Shown in pieces: positions 39,840-47,810 of a DNA stretch of 58,764 nt; the first letter of the stretch is position 1, and each line of letters opens with the position of its first letter. The notes beneath the pieces were generated by a model. That model was not told where the DNA came from, did no database searches, and saw only the letters and a program-made list of their open reading frames with translations. This stretch comes from a virus (Duplodnaviria > Caudoviricetes): IMG/VR virus record IMGVR_UViG_3300017754_002055, positions 1 to 58,764 of that record; one strand, written 5' to 3'. Both the position numbers and the translations under genes were made by a program.

Positions 39840-41413
39840 ACTTTATTTACTGTAACTATAATACTTGGTGTAGCAGGAGAGGGACCGCTTGCCGCATCGT
39901 GTACTAGAGATATGTTAGTTGACGTAGCCGCAAACATAAGATGAATGAAGTCTCCTGCAGCTACATCTATAAAGTAATTCCAAGCAGCCATCACGTGATT
40001 AGTACTACCTTGAAGTTCTACCTTTCCATTGGTATTCGGAACATTATCCGCAAGTATAAGTCCGTTCTTTCTCAGCCAAAAGCTTGCAGTTTGAGATGAA
40101 CCTGCTGAGTTATCTAATTGAGCTGAGAACACTACGTTATAAACACCTGCGTGAGCAAACGTAATTCTAGTCAGATTAACTCCATCACTAGTGATTGACA
40201 CTCCATTAGTTGCAGCCGCATCAGTAACCTCAAGTATAATGGCTTTCGCTGTATTCGCTGCCGTTAGCGTTTGGTCTACAAGACTATAGAATGAACCTCT
40301 ATATGAAGTAAACGCAGCCTCAGCATCTTCCCAAAGTACATTTCCTCCGGTAGCTGTAAGGACTTGACCGGGAGTTCCTATTGAAGTGTTGCCATCTGTA
40401 ATAGTTCCTAGAAGTTTAATATCGGTATTACAAAGTATGCTATCTACAGTTATAGTTCCTGTAAGATTAATATTTTCAATAGCCGTATTGTTTGCATCAA
40501 GAATCTCTTGAAGACTGATAGTAGTCCATTCAGTTCCTGTGATAACAGACATTAGTAGCTGTCCATTTGTTCCGTAAGAACTAGCAGAATCCTCAAGCGT
40601 TCCACCAACAATAAGAGACTGAGTTGCCTCAACGGTAGGTGCGCTTACAGATGCTGAACCTGTAAGGGATATGCTAGTTGTTGAAGAATTTCCTTGCCCA
40701 AGAACATAATCAAGGTCAACAGTAGTCCAAAGTGTTGTAAGAGTACCACCGGTGGTAACCAAGAGTTGACCGTTTGTTCCGGCAAATCCGGTGGAGTCAT
40801 AAAGAGCAGCCTGTACCCATAAATTTTGAGTAGATATTTGCCCAACTAAGTTTATGTCCTCTGTAGCCGAATTGTTTGCATCAAGAATCTCTTGAAGACC
40901 AAGGCTAGTCCATTTAACTGTATTAGATGCTGTAGCTGTAAGGACTTGACCAAGCGTTCCATTATTTCCTAAAACATCTTTTAAATAAGATGTCAACTGA
41001 ATACCTTGAGTAGCAATATTTCCTTGCCCAAGAACATAATCAAGGTCAATAGTCTGCCACAAAGTAGCCAATCCCACTGATGTCAACACTTGGCCGCTTG
41101 TTCCCGAAGAAGAGGCGCTATCCTTAAGATTAGCTGTTACTCTTAAATTACCAATAGTAGAATTTGCAGCATTTATAAAATTTGTTGCTCCTAAAATAGT
41201 AATATCACCTGTCAAGTAAATGTCTTGAGTTGCTGTATTGCCTGCATCAAGAACCTCTTGAAGTGTATTGGCAGGTGCTAATGACTGAACAAATGCAGCT
41301 ATGTCGCCAAGCGAATAGTTCTTTGTAGCGTTTGCATTGTCAGCATCAGTTCCTATAAGAAGGTCTGAACCGGATAGCGATGAGTCTACGGGATATGTAC
41401 TAATTTTTGCCAT
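39836..41413 (-). CDS. Tail fibre protein
   Basis: Likely start MAKISTYP; repeated LQEVLD.GN.AT and GT.GQVLT units; beta-sandwich-like C-terminus. Confidence 0.75.
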   Translation of the reverse strand: MAKISTYPVDSSLSGSDLLIGTDADNANATKNYSLGDIAAFVQSLAPANTLQEVLDAGNTATQDIYLTGDITILGATNFINAANSTIGNLRVTANLKDSASSSGTSGQVLTSVGLATLWQTIDLDYVLGQGNIATQGIQLTSYLKDVLGNNGTLGQVLTATASNTVKWTSLGLQEILDANNSATEDINLVGQISTQNLWVQAALYDSTGFAGTNGQLLVTTGGTLTTLWTTVDLDYVLGQGNSSTTSISLTGSASVSAPTVEATQSLIVGGTLEDSASSYGTNGQLLMSVITGTEWTTISLQEILDANNTAIENINLTGTITVDSILCNTDIKLLGTITDGNTSIGTPGQVLTATGGNVLWEDAEAAFTSYRGSFYSLVDQTLTAANTAKAIILEVTDAAATNGVSITSDGVNLTRITFAHAGVYNVVFSAQLDNSAGSSQTASFWLRKNGLILADNVPNTNGKVELQGSTNHVMAAWNYFIDVAAGDFIHLMFAATSTNISLVHDAASGPSPATPSIIVTVNKV

Positions 41414-41468
41414 TCTCTTTACATGTTTTGCATAAGCATAAAGCAAATGCTGATTTTCTATACACGTC

Positions 41469-41810
41469 TTACACCAATGTCAATAGGTATAAAGTCTTGT
41501 TTATAAGGGCCAACATTTCATCCATGATGTTTTGAAGCTCTGAAGAATAGTTTGTTCTTTCGCTATCAATAGTCTGCTGCATTTCTCTAAGATGTTCTAC
41601 AGCAGGCGCATTTTTAGACTCCGGAATAACAATCTCAACTCTTTTGTATCTTCCAAAATAAACTTCACTAAACTTGTCCGTCAAGTCAAGTATGCCATCG
41701 TAGTATCCGTTGAGCGCTTTATGCTCAGCAAAAGATGTTGTCTGAAGATGTGCGATATGCATCATGTCTGCCGACTGAAATAGCATTCCAATGAATTTTC
41801 CGGGTATCAT
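41469..41810 (-). CDS. Ferritin/Dps-like four-helix protein (DUF5856-like)
   Basis: HIAHLQT.SFAEHKAL..YYD.I....D.F.E and LINKTLYLL motifs. Confidence 0.6.
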   Translation of the reverse strand: MIPGKFIGMLFQSADMMHIAHLQTTSFAEHKALNGYYDGILDLTDKFSEVYFGRYKRVEIVIPESKNAPAVEHLREMQQTIDSERTNYSSELQNIMDEMLALINKTLYLLTLV

Positions 41811-42049
41811 CCTTGGTTGGGTTTTCTTGTTATTTGTCCTGTTTGTATGTTAATCACAGCATCGACTCCGTACTTCTCAATTAACTTCTTTTCGTTCTCA
41901 GCGAACTCCGTTCTCATTGAGTCAATATGGCTCAATAGGCCGTGCTTTTGTAATTCGATATCTCCAAGAGCTATTTTTGCTCTATTAAATTCAGAGGTCA
42001 TTGTTTGAATTTTTTCAAGTTCCTCTTTCGTTACAACTGTTGCTTCCAT
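41807..42049 (-). CDS. Hypothetical coiled-coil protein
   Basis: ORF with promoter and leader; EKYG...INIQTG. Confidence 0.6.
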   Translation of the reverse strand: MEATVVTKEELEKIQTMTSEFNRAKIALGDIELQKHGLLSHIDSMRTEFAENEKKLIEKYGVDAVINIQTGQITRKPNQG

Positions 42050-42074
42050 TTTTAGATTAGATTTTATTATTCAA

Positions 42075-42082
42075 CAAAGATA
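42075..42082 (-). promoter_or_regulatory. Bacteroidota-type -7 element TATCTTTG
   Basis: CAAAGATA on the + strand, intergenic. Confidence 0.55.
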
Positions 42083-42092
42083 GTAGTTTTTG

Positions 42093-42551
42093 CTATTGAA
42101 TATTTCTTTTGATTGCACTTCCAAAGTAGTAACCAAAAATAGAAAGAACTACACCCTCGGTTATTCCTATTAAGTGTATCCAAATCTCCTTGTTATCCTC
42201 GGGCACTTGTAAAAATGCAATGGCGTATATGATAAACGCAAACGCCGACAGGCCTGTTAAGCCTGTTAGGTAAAACATAAAGTCAAACCTATTCAGCTTA
42301 GCTATCTCCATCTCTCTATTTCTTGCTGAATCCCTGTCTGCCGCTTCTATTCTAGCCATCTCAAGAATCTCTTCAGTCAAAGATTCTTTCTCCTCATCAC
42401 TAAGCTTGTCAGACATATTGATTAAGTTCTTAGCTACACCCAATACTCCATTGTCCGGAAGCAAATCACCTACAACATCCAAAACCTCGGGTGCTTTTTC
42501 TTTTAAGAACTTCCCGACCTTAGTGTCCCTAAACTTTTTCTTGTCTGCCAT
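42093..42551 (-). CDS. Holin-like membrane protein
   Basis: DRDSARNRE followed by two TM helices ending GYYFGS; next to the endolysin. Confidence 0.65.
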   Translation of the reverse strand: MADKKKFRDTKVGKFLKEKAPEVLDVVGDLLPDNGVLGVAKNLINMSDKLSDEEKESLTEEILEMARIEAADRDSARNREMEIAKLNRFDFMFYLTGLTGLSAFAFIIYAIAFLQVPEDNKEIWIHLIGITEGVVLSIFGYYFGSAIKRNIQ

Positions 42552-43018
42552 TATTCTTTGATTTCAAAATGCATCCAATCCATATCTTTTTCTACACCTA
42601 ATGAAACAAATCCATGTTTGTAGAAAATATCTATCATTGGTTTGTATTCTTCATTAGCAAATCTAGCGGTGCGCTTTGTTTCTCTCAAAGTATTTCTTGC
42701 AGGGTCCAAGTCAATAGCAATTCCCCACGCATGTTTTGACCAAGAGCTACCGTTTCTCATCTTGCGGTAAGAAAAACACCCACCAAATAGGTCAATACCT
42801 AAGTCGTGTATCCGCTTATATCCATAATGGCTAAGCAAATCTTCAAACACCGCTTTAAAATTCTCAGCCACAAGCTCATGGCAACGCATTTTCTGAACAG
42901 TAGTGTCTGTATCCCATGCAATACGCATTGGATAGGGTAAATCTATTGTAACCAAATACCCCTTGCCGGTCTCATTTGGTTGACCGTATTTTTTTATGGC
43001 TTGTTGAGTAGTTATCAT
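42551..43018 (-). CDS. Endolysin, M15-family Zn peptidase
   Basis: R..SKHAWGIAIDLD...DWMHFE catalytic pattern. Confidence 0.85.
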   Translation of the reverse strand: MITTQQAIKKYGQPNETGKGYLVTIDLPYPMRIAWDTDTTVQKMRCHELVAENFKAVFEDLLSHYGYKRIHDLGIDLFGGCFSYRKMRNGSSWSKHAWGIAIDLDPARNTLRETKRTARFANEEYKPMIDIFYKHGFVSLGVEKDMDWMHFEIKE

Positions 43019-43149
43019 CTTCCTTGGCCTCTGTATTTTTTCTTATACAATCTGCTTGTTGGTGATGAACTTGTTTTTGTTTTTGCGTGAACACCTTTTC
43101 TGTTCACCTTTCTACTAGTTATCTTTTGAATTGCTATCTGTTTCGCCAT
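43015..43149 (-). CDS. Small basic protein (44 aa, not in ORF track)
   Basis: MAKQIAIQK...YKKKYRGQGR; its stop overlaps the endolysin ATG. Confidence 0.6.
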   Translation of the reverse strand: MAKQIAIQKITSRKVNRKGVHAKTKTSSSPTSRLYKKKYRGQGR

Positions 43150-43333
43150 CTATTCTATTTAATTTTTTTATGTAATAAATTATAGCAAAGACACCTGTTA
43201 TTATTGCGATTAACCCGGAAAATGCAGATATAATAGGTTGAAGTTCTGTTGCTTTTGCTGCAACAGCTGATACTACAGATGTTCCTGCTGTAGCTGCGGC
43301 AATTGAATCGTGTATATCGTTCGTGTTACTCAT
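43115..43333 (-). CDS. Small membrane protein (lysis region)
   Basis: Hydrophobic segment FSGLIAIITGVFAIIYYI followed by KK. Confidence 0.55.
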   Translation of the reverse strand: MSNTNDIHDSIAAATAGTSVVSAVAAKATELQPIISAFSGLIAIITGVFAIIYYIKKLNRIDGETDSNSKDN

Positions 43334-43334
43334 C

Positions 43335-43565
43335 TTAGATAGGCGTTGTCACGTATTGCATTAACGTATTAATATCTGTGAATCTTATGTCGTCGATAAT
43401 CATAGTCAAATCCATCACTATTAGTCCATCCTCCATTTCAAATAGTGCTTGGCTATCGGAAATTTCTTCATATCCTAGTGGAGAAAAGTAAATATAATTA
43501 GAGGAGAATTTATAAAATCTTCCATCTTCGCATAATAGGCCGGCTCTTGTTTTTATTAGGTTCAT
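43335..43565 (-). CDS. Hypothetical protein
   Basis: Operon packing. Confidence 0.5.
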   Translation of the reverse strand: MNLIKTRAGLLCEDGRFYKFSSNYIYFSPLGYEEISDSQALFEMEDGLIVMDLTMIIDDIRFTDINTLMQYVTTPI

Positions 43566-44314
43566 AATAGTTCAATTATAAATCCGCTTTGAATTATTGA
43601 ATCTCCTGCAGCTCCTGCTTGAGAAGTGAAGATAATGTATTGGTCAACCGCCCAATTAATATTTGTAGCTACAGCAGCTTGTGTTGTAGTAACATCATCA
43701 ATTGGCAAGGATGTATTTGTCCATACTGACTCTGTGTTTGTAGCTGTTTTTATAAACAGCTCTCTTTTCATTTGAATATATGGATTTGTTATACCCGAAG
43801 ATGTATATATCCCAAGCTGAGAGGCTCCTGTTACGGAAGATATTGTATTGACATATATACCTCCTGTCATTAACCCTGCTGTTCCTGTCTTACGAAGACG
43901 CTGCCGTATTGTAATTATGTCTCCTACTTGAAATGTTCCGGCAGGAATTAATTGAGAACGAATTAAGGTAAGGGCTGTGCTTCCGGTTACGGCTGCGGTG
44001 TCAGTAGTAGATATATACCGAAGTACATCTCTTGTGGTAGCAACTCCCGAAACATCAGACGCTGTAAGGTTTTTCCAAGTTAGACCGTAATCTGTGTTGT
44101 TAAGCTTTGCAAGCACTTGTCCTGTTGTTCCTCCGGTAAGCATGCCTGCTTTTGAAACGTTTAACGCTCCTGTTATATTATCAAGAGTTAGCGCTGTCTC
44201 CAATTGAGATAGCGTGAATCTTATATTATCATTTAGCACAGAGTCGTACCCCACTATAAATCCTGTTGCAGATAGAGTTGTGGCGCTAAATTGTGAAAAT
44301 TTTACATTTGCCAT
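43562..44314 (-). CDS. Tail fibre/spike-like protein
   Basis: MANVKFSQF anchor, GGTTGQVLAK..NTDY...W motif, beta-rich C-terminus. Confidence 0.65.
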   Translation of the reverse strand: MANVKFSQFSATTLSATGFIVGYDSVLNDNIRFTLSQLETALTLDNITGALNVSKAGMLTGGTTGQVLAKLNNTDYGLTWKNLTASDVSGVATTRDVLRYISTTDTAAVTGSTALTLIRSQLIPAGTFQVGDIITIRQRLRKTGTAGLMTGGIYVNTISSVTGASQLGIYTSSGITNPYIQMKRELFIKTATNTESVWTNTSLPIDDVTTTQAAVATNINWAVDQYIIFTSQAGAAGDSIIQSGFIIELL

Positions 44315-44316
44315 TA

Positions 44317-44460
44317 TTACTCGGGTATCATTAAATTGTTTGTTTCAGTAATTAGCGTGTCTACGCCGTTTTCTTTTATAAGATAATCAACAACAGGCGT
44401 TGAGCCGGAATCAAATCCGGACAACGTGTTTATTATTGCTATAATAAGAGACGACTCCAT
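44317..44460 (-). CDS. Small structural-type protein (47 aa, not in ORF track)
   Basis: MESSLIIAII...YLIKENGVDTLITE; fills the gap exactly. Confidence 0.5.
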   Translation of the reverse strand: MESSLIIAIINTLSGFDSGSTPVVDYLIKENGVDTLITETNNLMIPE

Positions 44461-44461
44461 A

Positions 44462-44944
44462 TTACCAAAGCGCTATAATTCCTGTAGCTGAAGTGTTACT
44501 TGTGTTTACGCCCAATACTTGTATTGGAATAAATTGACCTGCGCTTACAGCGGCCAAATTTAGAGTGTCTCCACCCACTGTTCTCACAGAAAGTGTCCCT
44601 GCTCCTCCAACATAGAGAACACAACCATCGTTGCCATCTCTATCGTATACGAAATACTTCTTTCCCGAAGCAGCAAAGATGGCGGAATTACATACCAACT
44701 GAGTTTCGCTAGTTACAGAAAATACTTTAGCACAAGTGCTATCTGTTGTGTTATAAATAATATCTCCAACAGAAATATTATTGGTCACGAACAAAGCGGC
44801 AGTGTCAATTAAATTGAACCCACCCCCGCCGGTAGATGTGTTTACGCTCTGTTCTTGTTTTATTGCTCCCGGAAACGGAATATCAATAGTGTTGCTAGGG
44901 ATAACAGCCAAGCCTCTTCCTACTTGTAATTTCTGATTTGCCAT
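44462..44944 (-). CDS. Virion structural protein
   Basis: LYVGGAG.L.V...GQFIPIQV...T.ATGIIALW motif. Confidence 0.6.
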   Translation of the reverse strand: MANQKLQVGRGLAVIPSNTIDIPFPGAIKQEQSVNTSTGGGGFNLIDTAALFVTNNISVGDIIYNTTDSTCAKVFSVTSETQLVCNSAIFAASGKKYFVYDRDGNDGCVLYVGGAGTLSVRTVGGDTLNLAAVSAGQFIPIQVLGVNTSNTSATGIIALW

Positions 44945-44950
44945 TTTTTT

Positions 44951-45124
44951 TTATTTTTGATTGTATGGAACAGCTTCGTTGAGAGCCTGCCTGCGAGCTT
45001 CACACCCGCAGTCATCTACACCAACGGCCATGGACACCCCTTTTACAACAGCCTTAATACCTGTGGCTGTAGTGATTTTATCTATGGTGTCTCCAAGACC
45101 TTCGCTATGATACGTTATTTTCAT
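44951..45124 (-). CDS. Small protein (57 aa, not in ORF track)
   Basis: GLGDTIDKITTATGIKAVV...CGCEARRQALN; fills the gap. Confidence 0.65.
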   Translation of the reverse strand: MKITYHSEGLGDTIDKITTATGIKAVVKGVSMAVGVDDCGCEARRQALNEAVPYNQK

Positions 45125-45306
45125 TTTTTAGACATGATGCTTGTGAGTTTTTGCCCAATAGTACGATTAGCAATTGCCTCATCGTAACAGCCATGTCCCG
45201 CATTAGGTGAAAGGATGGCTCCCGGAATACTAAGCAATGCTTTTGCTGTTCCGGAATTTTTTTTGATGGACGAATCCATGCTTGCTTTAGTCATAGACGC
45301 TTTCAT
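45121..45306 (-). CDS. Small basic protein
   Basis: ATGA overlaps on both sides. Confidence 0.5.
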   Translation of the reverse strand: MKASMTKASMDSSIKKNSGTAKALLSIPGAILSPNAGHGCYDEAIANRTIGQKLTSIMSKK

Positions 45307-45458
45307 TTCTTTTTCTTTTTACCGGCAACTGCCATTTCTTGAAATTTCTTTTTACCGTACTTCTCACGGCCAATAGAAGCTGTAATTGCATCAGCACTTT
45401 TCTTGCTAATGCCCTGCTTCTTTTGAATCTTATTGCTTAATTCGCTGAACTTACCCAT
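45303..45458 (-). CDS. Small Lys-rich protein
   Basis: Likely start MGKFSEL; IGREKYGKKKFQEMA. Confidence 0.6.
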   Translation of the reverse strand: MGKFSELSNKIQKKQGISKKSADAITASIGREKYGKKKFQEMAVAGKKKKK

Positions 45459-45483
45459 AAGGCAAAGGTCTGAAATTTTATGA

Positions 45484-45822
45484 TTAGATTTTTGAAACTT
45501 TTCTGCCCATACCAACCCTTGATTTCTCAGCTTTCTTTGCCGCCAACTTAGATGGTGATATTTCACTCTTTGTTTTTGGAGTAGACGCTGATACTTTTTT
45601 GGTTGGTCTGCAATACTCGTTCTTACCACCTGCTCCACATGCCTTACCTGTACGAGTATCGACCCACTTTTCTTTTTCCCAACGCTTGAGAGATGTCCCC
45701 TCCTCTGTCTTTCTCACAGTGCCCGAAGCTTTCCTGCATTTAGCAATAGCTTGAGATGCCCTTGCTGAAGGAAACACCTCGTATTGAGCTTTTACTTTTT
45801 TATAGCAAGCGTCTTTAGGCAT
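45484..45822 (-). CDS. Basic Cys-containing protein
   Basis: DACYKKVK..FPSA.AS..IAKCRK, LKRW.KEKW and TPKT motifs. Confidence 0.65.
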   Translation of the reverse strand: MPKDACYKKVKAQYEVFPSARASQAIAKCRKASGTVRKTEEGTSLKRWEKEKWVDTRTGKACGAGGKNEYCRPTKKVSASTPKTKSEISPSKLAAKKAEKSRVGMGRKVSKI

Positions 45823-45823
45823 A

Positions 45824-45955
45824 TTATTTTTTCTTAATAAGAGCTGATTTCTTTTTCAAAGAAGAATTAGATGCGTTCCCCTTTAAAAACTTCATAGCAC
45901 CATCTAATGATTTCTTAGACTCGTACTTAGCTGCTTTTTTTATTACCTGCTTCAT
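45824..45955 (-). CDS. Small Lys-rich protein (43 aa, not in ORF track)
   Basis: MKQVIKKAAKYESKKS...; fills the gap. Confidence 0.45.
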   Translation of the reverse strand: MKQVIKKAAKYESKKSLDGAMKFLKGNASNSSLKKKSALIKKK

Positions 45956-46245
45956 CAATATTTTCCTTTACGGTTAGATGGGTTTGAGGTTGTTGGGCCA
46001 CCGGGTCCTTTCCAAAGGTACTTACACGACCAATATCTTGGAGTAAGCTTGTCATCTGCAGTATCGCACTTGTGTCGAGCTTTAAAACTCTTGCGAGCAG
46101 CAGCTGAATAGTTATTGCCATATCCTTTTGCGCCAAAGTGGAGGAGCTTTTCCTCCCCATTGGCACAGGCTTTTACCATCATCTTCTTACCGGGACGGTC
46201 AGAAGGCTTTGGACTATTACACTTCAGCTTCTTCTTGTCCGCCAT
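45955..46245 (-). CDS. Basic protein with HFG/RKSFKARH/YWS motifs
   Basis: Motif set recurrent in viral small basic proteins. Confidence 0.65.
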   Translation of the reverse strand: MADKKKLKCNSPKPSDRPGKKMMVKACANGEEKLLHFGAKGYGNNYSAAARKSFKARHKCDTADDKLTPRYWSCKYLWKGPGGPTTSNPSNRKGKY

Positions 46246-46447
46246 CTACTTCAGTTGTAGGAGTTGATACGAAGTCACTTGGAGTGCGTTTAAAATCTCG
46301 GCTATTATGCCCCGGGTCCTCACGAGGAGTTGGCGGAGTATTGAGCGCAACAGATGAAGGCTGAGTTGATGCAGTCTCAACAACTGCTTTCATCTCATTT
46401 TCTACAGCTGACTCTTCCACTGCAGGAGCGATAGTTTTCTTTGCCAT
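46217..46447 (-). CDS. Hypothetical low-complexity protein
   Basis: Operon packing. Confidence 0.5.
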   Translation of the reverse strand: MAKKTIAPAVEESAVENEMKAVVETASTQPSSVALNTPPTPREDPGHNSRDFKRTPSDFVSTPTTEVDGGQEEAEV

Positions 46448-46604
46448 GGTTACTTCATTTTTGTTTTTGTTGCACCCTTGATTTTGCCTTTCATGCCACT
46501 CATTTTAGAACTACCGCCACCGCTTGGCATTTGCATGCGTGAAGAAGCAGGTAGATTTGGCGTGTCTTTTTTGCTTGTTGAATTTTTCATTTTACTGATA
46601 TTGT

Positions 46605-46829
46605 TTATTTGTTAAACTGTCCACCTAAATTTACTCTTAACGATTGGAGACCTTGAATCTTTGCCGAAGAAACTTGACGAGACCCCGACTTTCTTCTGCC
46701 GATTTGGTCTTTAAGCTTTGCATTCTCTTTCTGAAGGGCGCTTATCTTCGCAATCTCATTATTCTTGAACGTGATTTTGTCCAACGTTTCCTTCAATGAG
46801 GGATTCTTTTTGTACTTGTTGTCGTCCAT
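46605..46829 (-). CDS. Small basic protein
   Basis: First ORF after the minus-strand promoter at 46846-46853. Confidence 0.55.
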   Translation of the reverse strand: MDDNKYKKNPSLKETLDKITFKNNEIAKISALQKENAKLKDQIGRRKSGSRQVSSAKIQGLQSLRVNLGGQFNK

Positions 46830-46834
46830 AAGTG

Positions 46835-46853
46835 TAACTTTGTAGCAAATGTA
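46835..46853. promoter_or_regulatory. Face-to-face overlapping promoter pair
   Basis: TAACTTTG (+, 46835-46842) and TACATTTG (-, 46846-46853) within a 33-bp gap between divergent genes. Confidence 0.55.
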
Positions 46854-46862
46854 ATCAAATTT

Positions 46863-47312
46863 ATGGAATTAAAACCTAGGAAGAGCGACTACCTAAAGTA
46901 TTGGAGAGTAATAAGATATTTTGTGAAAGCAAAATACAACCTCACCCAAGCGGACCTTGACATGATTTTGTTTTTATACTCTGAAACGTATTTTGACAAA
47001 GACAAGTTTGATGAGTTTGATGAACTACTCAGTTGGGACCTTCAAAGATTCAATAGACTTCGACAGAACGGATGGATATCAGTCTTCAGAAAGAGAAGCG
47101 GAAAGTACAAAACCCTGTACGAGTTGTCGTACAAGGGTGTTAGGCTAGTGAGCTCCATCTATAAAAAACTAAACGGGGAAGAAATCCCCGCTAGTAAATC
47201 TCAGAACCCAATATTTTTAAAAAATATCCCGTACTCGGATAGGGTCTATCAGACCATGATTAAGGACATGAATACTTTTATTCGACAACAACGACATCGC
47301 GCTCTTGAATGA
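46863..47312 (+). CDS. Winged-helix (MarR-like) DNA-binding protein
   Basis: LTQADLDMILFL...RLRQNGWI...LYELSYKG pattern; the only + strand gene inside the late region. Confidence 0.6.
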   Translation: MELKPRKSDYLKYWRVIRYFVKAKYNLTQADLDMILFLYSETYFDKDKFDEFDELLSWDLQRFNRLRQNGWISVFRKRSGKYKTLYELSYKGVRLVSSIYKKLNGEEIPASKSQNPIFLKNIPYSDRVYQTMIKDMNTFIRQQRHRALE

Positions 47313-47535
47313 TAGTGTATGCACTATCCTTGATGAGCATGGTGAAGCTGTGCGATTTGTCAAAGTAGATTTTATCTCCCTTAGCAATTGCTGCCACGTC
47401 AGTACCCGACTCAACAACGACACCCTTGCGGTATCTGAATTGATTGATGTCGTCTCCCGATAAAATGAGGCCCGAATCTGTCTTGACCTCCTCGTCTGTA
47501 GTTACCACTACAATATATTTTCCAATTGGTTTCAT
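47278..47535 (-). CDS. groES: Co-chaperonin GroES
   Basis: MKPIGKYIVV..EEVKTDSGLIL..GVVV..G..GDKI..IIQERDVV. Confidence 0.9.
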   Translation of the reverse strand: MKPIGKYIVVVTTDEEVKTDSGLILSGDDINQFRYRKGVVVESGTDVAAIAKGDKIYFDKSHSFTMLIKDSAYTIIQERDVVVVE

Positions 47536-47540
47536 TACGA

Positions 47541-47810
47541 TTAAAAATAATTATGGACCCATATAGGAGTTTTATCCCCAACATAAGCTCCTTTAACGTT
47601 ATACTCAAAATGCTCAATAGCCTCCTCGTAGTCCATGCCGTCAAGGCATAGCGTCTCAATGCATCTCTTCTCAGAGTACACAAGTCTCATAGACGCCTGC
47701 TCGACACCAATGATTGCATCGTCAAACCCATCAGCCACAAGAAAACTCTCCTCGGGGAATTGCTCAATGATGCATTGAAGCATGGTCTGTTTGTTATTTA
47801 GATTGCTCAT
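47541..47810 (-). CDS. Hypothetical phage protein
   Basis: ADGFDDAIIG..LVYS..EEAIEHFEYN..GAYVG..TP. Confidence 0.7.
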   Translation of the reverse strand: MSNLNNKQTMLQCIIEQFPEESFLVADGFDDAIIGVEQASMRLVYSEKRCIETLCLDGMDYEEAIEHFEYNVKGAYVGDKTPIWVHNYF

